Positions 56,801 to 64,000 of a stretch of 64,000 nt of DNA are shown piece after piece. The stretch spans positions 496,001 through 560,000 of the forward strand of contig JASVEC010000011.1 of the NCBI GenBank assembly GCA_030770535.1. Reading direction: 5' to 3'. The DNA is from Batkoa obscura. Taxonomy: Eukaryota. Every line of letters begins with the position of its first letter. The first letter of the stretch is position 1. Under the pieces are notes generated by a model. That model searched no databases and was not told the DNA's origin. It was given only the letters and a program-made list of their open reading frames with translations. Both the position numbers and the translations under genes were made by a program.

Positions 56801-57727
56801 GAATATACCTATACAAATATGTTTCAAGTGGTCACTGCAATTATGTTTATGGGAAATTCTTTCGGAATCGCTTCTGGCGAATTGACTTCTTTTGTTAAAT
56901 CTAAAATTGCTGCCAATGATATTTTTGCACTTTTAGACCGTACACCCAAAATCAATCAATCAGATGCTTATGGTAATAAGAACAAAAAACTTTATGGTAA
57001 CATTTCAAGTAAAAATGCTCATTTCTCTTACCCATCCAGACCCGATACTAAGGTATTAAATGGATTAGATTTAGAAGTACTTAGAAATAAAAAAGTAGCT
57101 TTAGTTGGCTCTTCTGGGTCTGGAAAATCAACTATCATTGGCCTTATCCAAATGTTCTATACACTTGATTCTGGTAAGCTTGAAGTTGAAGGCCAGGATA
57201 TCAGTGAATGGAATGTACCTTATTTAAGAAGTCAATTATCTACCGTTGGTCAAGAACCTGTGCTTTTCAATATTTCAGTTATGGATAACATTGCTTATGG
57301 AGTAGAAAGAGATGTCACAAAAGAAGAAATTATTCATGTAGCTAAAATGGCTAATGCACATGATTTTATCATGGATCTCCCAGATGGTTATGATACTTCA
57401 TGTGGTGAGCGTGGAGGTAGACTTTCAGGTGGTCAAAAACAGAGAGTAGCTATTGCTAGAGCACTTATTAGGAATCCAAAATTATTGCTATTAGATGAAG
57501 CTACATCTGCTTTAGATTCCCAATCTGAAAAAGTTGTACAAGATGCTTTAGATAAAGCTTCGGAAGGTAGAACTACAATTACCATTGCTCATCGTTTATC
57601 CACTATTCAAGATGCTGATATAATTATTGTTATGAAAAATGGTAAAAAAGTAGAAATGGGTACTCATGATGAGCTTCTAACGCTTAATGGCTTCTATACA
57701 TCTTTGGTTCAAAACCAATCACTTTGA
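53876..57727 (+). CDS. ABCB1/MDR-type ABC transporter (paralog 3)
   Basis: 1283 aa, close inverted paralog of 44133..47984. Confidence 0.97.
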   Translation: MFKAKKKNENENRVNEKGIGLEEKKEKTPNVPLLKLFKFATKNDKIIIGLAMLASIINGLSQPFLFLLFSQIIGFFGNYQKNYPVSPDLADATLKDEINFLCIMFVVAGSVTAIAAYLQLSLWLIVGESQAVRIRNKYYRSVLSQEMGWFDSISSGDIASRIAGDINLVQDGMSDKVGLLIQNITCFIGAFVIAFIKGWKLTLVMLSSVPLVVFSGMLLGIMVADSSKGGQGVYGEAGSIAEEVLSAIKTIYSFNTQEKEQIRYENKLQMARKSGFRKAFFTGLGNGIFLLITFSSYALAMWYGGKLIHDREQDAGDVLTVFFNVLTGSMVLGMASPSITAVATAQGAATKLFEIIERESSIDPFLITEEHVKNQSKMSPVKGNITFENVQFSYPSRLDVQILKGISFEASKGQTVALVGHSGSGKSTCVGLIERFYAPTSGRVLLDGIDISQISNKFLKEHVGLVGQEPCLFGTTIKQNILFGLKNDDEFKADAKQLHDRVVNACKLANIHDFIMKLPQQYDTMVGDRGSQLSGGQKQRIAIARAIIKDPTILLLDEATSALDTESERIVQKALDNAAKDRTTIVIAHRLSTIKKADKIIVFDKGTIIEEGSHNELLALNGAYANLVKQQEIRKGGEEEVTEDDDIVIESTSEEEIVIDIEDIEDIKELDVGLFKMTSRVETLPKELIESRRNKGKVSIPLMRCLKMISPYWYFGLVGAIGALLDGIVFPMYALLLTNATQSFFHLTTPGLIEKGQNDINFWSLMFLILAIGCLIAGFMKHAGFNTLGEYLTYEIRKKCFRSLLTQEVGFYDAPENSVGIITGKLSTEAENVQGLVGKFLGPVFGVLSCAIASLIIAFSSGWKLTLVALATAPLNVYGQLVQVSVLSDVNEKTKLAYLKVSQIAMESILSKRTINSLNREAIFFEDYLERVEKAHRISRKGYLKSAIGYSFAMCIPHFINALLFWYGTILIISQEYTYTNMFQVVTAIMFMGNSFGIASGELTSFVKSKIAANDIFALLDRTPKINQSDAYGNKNKKLYGNISSKNAHFSYPSRPDTKVLNGLDLEVLRNKKVALVGSSGSGKSTIIGLIQMFYTLDSGKLEVEGQDISEWNVPYLRSQLSTVGQEPVLFNISVMDNIAYGVERDVTKEEIIHVAKMANAHDFIMDLPDGYDTSCGERGGRLSGGQKQRVAIARALIRNPKLLLLDEATSALDSQSEKVVQDALDKASEGRTTITIAHRLSTIQDADIIIVMKNGKKVEMGTHDELLTLNGFYTSLVQNQSL

Positions 57728-58206
57728 TTTAATTAAAAATTTACTATATTTTGACATTTGAAATTAACTCTTTATTTTTATTTATTGTCACTATTAAAAA
57801 GCTACCAATTAGAAAACTTACTTATGCTTCATATTCTATTATCATTATTGTATTTTACTGTTTTAATGAATATTTTCTTTATTAGACTGTTTTTATATTA
57901 GTTACTTATTTTAAGAATTCTTTTAAACTTTTAAAGAGAGTTCTGTAGTTTTTTTTCATACTTACAATCATAATAGTGAAGCATGCATGCTAATATAAAA
58001 TTTCAACAAGAGATTTTAATTACATAAAAACTTTACATTATATGGGGATGTCCGAATTGATTTCAGAATTTAGAAATTAATCCAAATTTTAAGTTTTTAA
58101 ATTTGCAAGTCTTTATATGATTAGCTAAATTTAAAAAGCTTAAAATTAAATATAAAAATTTAACTTAAAAGACTTATTTTATTTATCTTATTTTTTTAAT
58201 CATGTT

Positions 58207-58567
58207 TGTGAAAGTTGGTACTTAGTGGTTGGAGTTGAAAGTAGTTCTAGCTTAATTAATTGGCCGTAAGCCAAAGAGTCTTAGTTTATGTAACTAAGAT
58301 AGACTCAAATTAACAGGAATAGTACATAGCAGGCTATGAACTATGTAAAATAAATAGAATAGAAGATACTACTGTAAAATCTACGTAAGATGTTGTCAGA
58401 AAGACTTAGTGGCTTTATTAAAGGTAAGATGTTAGGGAATAGTTCAATTAAAAAGCCTCGAGGTATTATATTGAAGAATCTCTTTTATACTCCAACTAGT
58501 TTTGTAAACAAGTTAAGTGACTATTATATCATAATCAATCATAGAGCTGATGAAGCGATATTTCACA
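58207..58567 (-). mobile_element. Solo LTR (361 bp)
   Basis: TG...CA, 5-bp TSD ATGTT. Confidence 0.9.
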
Positions 58568-58929
58568 ATGTTATATATTTTTTTATTAAATGTCCAATAG
58601 ATATATAATATACAATATATAAATATATAATTATTTGACTTTATTTTTTATTAAAATAAAAACAAAATACAAGCTTTTATAACTAAACTTCGAAATGGAA
58701 TTTCTAAAAATTTTAATACGATAGGAAGAAGCACGTTATATAAACATTGTAATTCATTTACATCAGTTTTAACAACTATTCACAATAACCCAAAGTTTAT
58801 GGAATTTTATAATAAAACAAAAAAAAAGAAAAGAAAAGTGATTAAAGTTTACTATTAATAATAATAAACTTAATCAAGCAATGTATAAAATTAGTGCTTT
58901 AAAGGAAACAGGAAATAAAAACCAGCAAG

Positions 58930-59790
58930 TGTGAAATATCGCTTCATTAGCTCTAGGATTGATTATAATATGATAATCAATTCAGAGTCCCTTATATAGA
59001 TTTGCTGTGAGAATTGCTACCACCTGTTCATGAAGAACTTATTGTCCATGTTTTAATGTCCATACTTGGCAACTATAATAAGTTATAACTGTTATAATGT
59101 TCCTTATATATAGCCACCCAGTTGGAGTATAAAAGAGATTCTTCAACATACTAACTCGAGGCTTCTTAATTGGATTACTCCCTGATAATGTATCATTCAT
59201 TAATAAAGTCACTAAGTCCTTCTGACAACATCTTATATAGATTTTACAGTAGTATCTTCCATTGTATTTGTTTTACATAATTCGTAGCTTATTGCGTACT
59301 ATTTCTATTAAGTTAAGTCTATCTTATGTGAAATATTGCTTTATTTAGCTCTCGGATTGATTATAACGCAACAATCACTTAAGTTGCTGTGTTCTCAAGT
59401 TCAAATACAATCAAGTCAGAGTCCCTTATTTTGATTTGCAGCGAGAATTTATAACTTCATATTGCAAACAATATTATCCTCTCTTTTGATACCCATACTT
59501 GTTGGAGTATAAAAGAGATTCTTCAACGTGATAACTCGAGGCTTTTTAACTGAATTACCCCCTGATATCGTACTATTAATAAAGCCACTAAGTCTTTCTG
59601 ACAACTTCTTACGTAGATTTTACAGTAGTATTGTCTATTCTATTTGTTTTACATAGTTCGCAACTTATTACGTATTATTCCTATCCATTTAAGTCTATCT
59701 TAGTTACATAAAGTAAGACCGTTCGACTCAAGGCAAGTTAGTTAAGCAAGAGTAGCTTTTAACTTCGACCACTAAGTATCAACTTTCACA
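58930..59790 (+). mobile_element. Compound LTR insertion: truncated LTR 58930-59326 plus complete LTR 59327-59790
   Basis: Two TGTGAAATAT starts, one TTTCACA end, outer 4-bp TSD CAAG; the empty site is visible near 51260 in copy A. Confidence 0.85.
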
Positions 59791-60014
59791 CAAGTAGCAT
59801 TATTATCAACTATAGCTTCAGTATATTCTTTTGATGAATGTAAAAGTTTTGGATCTAATATAAATAGAAATCAATATGATTATTCAAAAATAATTAATAA
59901 TAATAAAATATTAATGCTACAACCTATTATCAAAAATATAAAAAAAATTAAAGATGAGCAAATTGAGATTATTATACAATATTTACTTAATAATTCAACT
60001 ATTTCATCAAGATT

Positions 60015-60087
60015 TAATAAAAACAATAAAAATAATAAAAATAATAAAAATAATAAAAATAATAAAAATAATAAAAATAATAAAAAT
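60015..60087. repeat. 9-bp tandem repeat (AATAATAAA)n
   Basis: About 8 units, reading NKN repeats inside the transposase relic. Confidence 0.85.
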
Positions 60088-60517
60088 TCGGCAGATAATA
60101 TATATATTAAATAAAAGTAGAAGAATGATATACAGTAAATATTTTAATGATCTAAAAGATAAAGCAGTAGCTAGGTCAACATTTTTAAATATATACCAAA
60201 TAACTTTAAAAATCCAGCAAGAAAAACAGATTTATGTAATATATGTGCCCAATATACAGTTAGAAAAAAGTTATTTGAAAATAAGATAAATACAATGATA
60301 AAAAATAAAGCAAAGATAAAAAAGTCTTTTAATAAAAAAAAAAAGTTATATAAATTATATAAATATTATGTTAATGTTCAAAAAGATATATTTAATGAAG
60401 CTATTAAAAAATTAAATAATAAAAGTTGTATAATAATTTTAGACTTTAAATAAAATATGGAAATAGGAACAAGACCAGATCCAATAAATTTAGACCATTA
60501 TAATAAACAAGCTATAT

Positions 60518-60616
60518 GGGGATGTATTTTTATGTTTAAGAATTTTACTAACAACCTTTCTGTTGAAATAGCGCTTAAAAGATGGAAAAAATAATGAAAC
60601 CAAAAAAAACACCCCC
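60518..60616 (-). mobile_element. MITE family A inserted in the transposase
   Basis: ATAT TSD; removal restores the reading KQAISVLGFG. Confidence 0.92.
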
Positions 60617-60990
60617 ATATCAGTATTAGGGTTTGGTGTTTTGTATTTAAAAAATGATAAAACAATAAGCAAAGTTTATTTTGATTATTTATCTGAAATA
60701 TTAAATCATGATTCAGCATATGTAGGAGGTTGTTTAATTGATTTAATATCTAAAGAGCTTTTATTTAAAAAGTTTACAAAAATTAATATATGGGCAGATA
60801 CAGGATATCATCTTAAATCTCAAGAGTTTTTATATTATATATTTGAAGAAATTTATAAAATAAATAGTAGTTTAAATATTGATCTTAGTTTTTTTGCTGA
60901 GCATCATGGAAAAAATATAGTTGGCGGACATTTTGGAAATCTTTCACAATGGAAAAATAACTTTGAAGCATTATATAAAATAGAAGATAT

Positions 60991-61188
60991 GGTGATGTTT
61001 TTTTGTTTAAGAATTTTACTAATAAACTTTCCGCTGAAATAACGCTTAAAAAATGAAAAAAGTAATTGGGGATGTATTTTTGTGTTTAAGAATTTTACTA
61101 AAAAGTTTTCCGCTCAAATAGCGCTTAAAAATGGAAAAAATAATGAAGCCAAAAAAACACCCCCAATTAAGCCAAAAAAAACACCCTC
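60991..61188 (-). mobile_element. MITE family A with a second copy nested inside (61068-61164)
   Basis: Outer TSD ATAT, inner TSD AATT; removal restores IEDIDQLISK. Confidence 0.92.
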
Positions 61189-62201
61189 ATATTGATCAAT
61201 TAATTTCGAAATTTAAGATTTTTATTTGTAAACATAATATAATTAATAACTCAACTGTCAATAATAGGAAAACAAATATAATTTTTGAAAAGTATGAAAG
61301 AAACAAAGATACGAAGAAAATAATAAAAATAATAAAAATAATAAAAATACAAGGTATTAAAGATTATTTCCATTTTTATTAAACATGTATTTATATCACT
61401 TTTTTTTAATCTATCAGATACTGGATAGCAGTGTAGTTTATTATCAATTAAAGTTATAAAGTCTATAGAAAATAGAAAATAGAAAATAGAAAATAGAAAA
61501 ATTAAAAGATTAACCCCAGCTTATCTTACAAAAATAACAGAAAATTTAAAAGTTTGAACATTTAGTAAGCAAGTAAGTAGCTTATTGAATGATAAAAATT
61601 AATTATTAAATGTTGATATTACTTAAATTATTAATAGCTAAGTTAATAAATAGTCAAAGAGCAAGTAGTTGTAATAATAAGTAAAAACTATTATTACACC
61701 GCTTGTGTTACATAGGGATGGTTAATTATAGTTTTGGGACCAACCACTCCCTCCCATGCAGCTATTTATTAACTTAACGATATATTAATAATGTAATCAT
61801 AACATCAAAATAGTTTATTTATTTAATAGCAAATCTGTAATGTTGGTTATAAAGCAGTCAATAATAAATTTTCTCAATGGGGTTTTATAGGAATATGTAT
61901 TTATTTACATACTACAACTTTGATTAGTATCAGTATATAGTTATATTAGTAAAAGCCTTGGTAATCTGGGAATTTGTATTAAATTTAATAGAAATTCCGT
62001 TAACTTGTAATAAAATAATTTAAAACTGTATCGGGTACTTTTGGTCTTTAAATAATTTATTTTTATAGAATTTTAAGCAAAGTTTTTAAAATATTTTATA
62101 TTTAGAAATTGGATAAAATAATGAAACCAATTGAACATTTCCCATTTGATAAAAAATAACAATCCCAATTAACTTTCAAAAAAAATCAGAGTTTAAAAAT
62201 A

Positions 62202-62274
62202 TGCTCCGTATAGGGCTTGAACCTATGACCTTAGCGTTATTAGCACCACGCTCTGCCAACTGAGCTAACGGAGC
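62202..62274 (-). tRNA. tRNA-Ile (AAT)
   Basis: Same as 4910-4982 except T loop TTCAAGC. Confidence 0.93.
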
Positions 62275-62686
62275 CTGCCAAATTTGTTATATTCCTTGAG
62301 TAAAAAGACATAAATAAACTACACTTTAGATGACTGCTAAATGTTCTTTAATTAGGATAAATTATTTATAATAACCCTCTGATGGATTGATAATTTATTG
62401 TATCGAAGAATGGAACTGTTGATATTTAAAACTGGAAAAACTTAAAAATCAATAAAATTGGGATAAACGCTTTTCAATGTGACTTTAGATTAATCAAATT
62501 AGTGTGCATCGGAAGAATGGAACAATTAATTCTAAAATTGAAGGAGTTGAAAATCATAGTTAAGTTTAGGATAAATTGAGGTCTGCCGGTGATGAAGTTA
62601 GGTGAATGGAAAAGATAATTTTTGAGAAGAGATGATAATGTATATTCTTAACAAAAGTTAAATTAGAATAGTTAAAGTTATTAATA

Positions 62687-62717
<31 letters not shown>

Positions 62718-63671
62718 TTAAGGGTTTGATTTTTTGCTAATTTAATTTAATTTTATAATAATGGCTTTTAAACCAAATTAATTAGTAGTGAGCTTTAACT
62801 CATCGTTTATAAAATTTAGAGTGCCATTAAAGCAAAAATATCCACTTTTTTTACACTGTTAATGAATTTCAACCTCTGTTTTAATTTTATACGACCTATT
62901 TTAAGGCCATTTTAGATAATAGTGGTTCGTTAACTTTATGTAATTTTTTTGGGTTTTTTTTAGATAATGAACAAATGAGCAATAAATAAATGTTTTTTTT
63001 TAATATGGAATAAAATCAATATGAATAAGATGAATAGTCACAACCTTCTATCGAAATACGATATTTAAAAACTATTGAGTGATTTAATAATGAGTCAAAT
63101 TCTAACCTTCTAGTTATCTGTAAATTGTAGTTTAATTAATAATTAACAAAATCCAGTATCATAAATAAATCAAAAAAATTATTAATCAAGAAACTTTATT
63201 TAGATAGTTTAAAATATATTATTACTTGATATAATTTTAGTAGTTAGAGTTTAAAAATGTGTTTAAAAAGATGTTAGAAATAACGTCAAATTGAATTTTA
63301 ACCACTTATTCAAGAAATTTTGAAATATTTAGCATAAATTTATAACTGGTATAATTAATATATTTGAAAATAATGATAGTGTTAGAACCATAAAAAGTAA
63401 TCTTACTTATTTAATTGGTAAACTTCAAGTTGATCTTTAAACTAAATAATTGATAATATTTATTATTATAAATTATTAAATAATAAATAAATAAAAAGTA
63501 TAAATATCAACAATATTGACAATTAATTTTAAATTTTAAACTTTCATTTTTGCTATTTAATTTAATTTAATTATTATTATTATCACTTCTTGTTCATATC
63601 TATTTTCATAATTATTATTTCAACATTTATAAAATAAATAATTAAATAATAACTTTCATATAATAACAAAA

Positions 63672-64000
63672 ATGAATTTATTCACCATAAAATCCCACTC
63701 TAATATATCAACCACAGTCTCACATACTAGTATGAGTGCTCAAAATCATTTAAGCTATATCTTCAATTTTGGTAACAAATTGAAGAAGCGTAATAGTATT
63801 TCTCAACTTAGTGAAAAAGAAATTGAAGTATATTCAACTTCCTCACCAACTTCGGAAGATCCAACTACTTTAATGACAATTCAATCTTATAATTCCACAT
63901 TAGAACCAGAAGATGTACTTCCTTTATATCAATGTAGTTTAAATAAAGAAGGTATTGTGTTATTAAAATGGGAAAAAATTCAATCGAAAAAAATGAATAA
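63672..64000 (+). CDS. 5' part of a probable fungal PH-domain protein (runs off the window)
   Basis: Open frame MNLFTIK...EDVLPLYQCSLNKEGIVLLKWEK; LPxYxCSxxKEG resembles the start of fungal PH-domain proteins. Confidence 0.5.
   Translation, partial: MNLFTIKSHSNISTTVSHTSMSAQNHLSYIFNFGNKLKKRNSISQLSEKEIEVYSTSSPTSEDPTTLMTIQSYNSTLEPEDVLPLYQCSLNKEGIVLLKWEKIQSKKMN

Larger units (their letters stand above)
58881..61400 (+). pseudogene. Sola2-like DDD transposase pseudogene
   Basis: Reconstructed motifs KTDLCNIC, ILDFK*N, ISVLGFG, NHDSAY, IWADTGYHLKSQEF, FFAEHHGKNIVGGHFG, IQGIKDYFHF; stops and insertions; true start may lie further upstream. Confidence 0.7.
58044..62143 (+). mobile_element. Sola2-like DNA transposon, copy B (decayed, with nested LTRs and MITEs)
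   Basis: TIRs GGGGATGTCCGAATTGATTTCA / TGAAACCAATTGAACATTTCCC; contains the transposase pseudogene. Confidence 0.8.

Noticed and set aside
58390..58608. Identical 72-aa ORFs at 51578 and 58390
   Set aside because: They lie mostly within the duplicated solo LTR, use a non-ATG start and have no recognisable domain
62400..62580. Diverged ~107-bp direct repeat (GAAGAATGGAAC...GGATAAA twice)
   Set aside because: Only two degenerate units with no ORF or structure I can support

Overview
AT-rich eukaryotic DNA with short (~45-60 nt) GT-AG introns, most consistent with an early-diverging fungus (Conidiobolus-like Entomophthoromycotina is my inference from style and gene content). Host genes: a secreted trypsin, a 2-exon MLKL-like protein (predicted 4-helix bundle plus pseudokinase with GFE in place of DFG), a Crz1-like C2H2 factor, three ABCB/MDR transporter paralogs, a KDM5/JARID1-type protein with a degenerate Fe-binding triad, a Pho81/NUC-2-like SPX-ANK-GDPD gene, MCM5, COX20, RPL27 (one intron apparently AT-AC), two tRNA-Ile(AAT) genes and a Tc1/IS630-derived ORF. 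Mobile DNA: an intact Ty3/Gypsy element with apparently identical LTRs, a -1 frameshift signal and a degenerate dUTPase domain; related solo LTRs; two inverted decayed copies of a Sola2-like DNA transposon; about 15 of its ~98-bp MITEs; and several other hairpin elements. The best candidates for novelty are the MLKL-like gene, the non-canonical RPL27 intron, and a transposon-bounded inversion plus domain-specific gene conversion in the ABCB cluster. All family calls come from motif recognition by eye; no searches were run.
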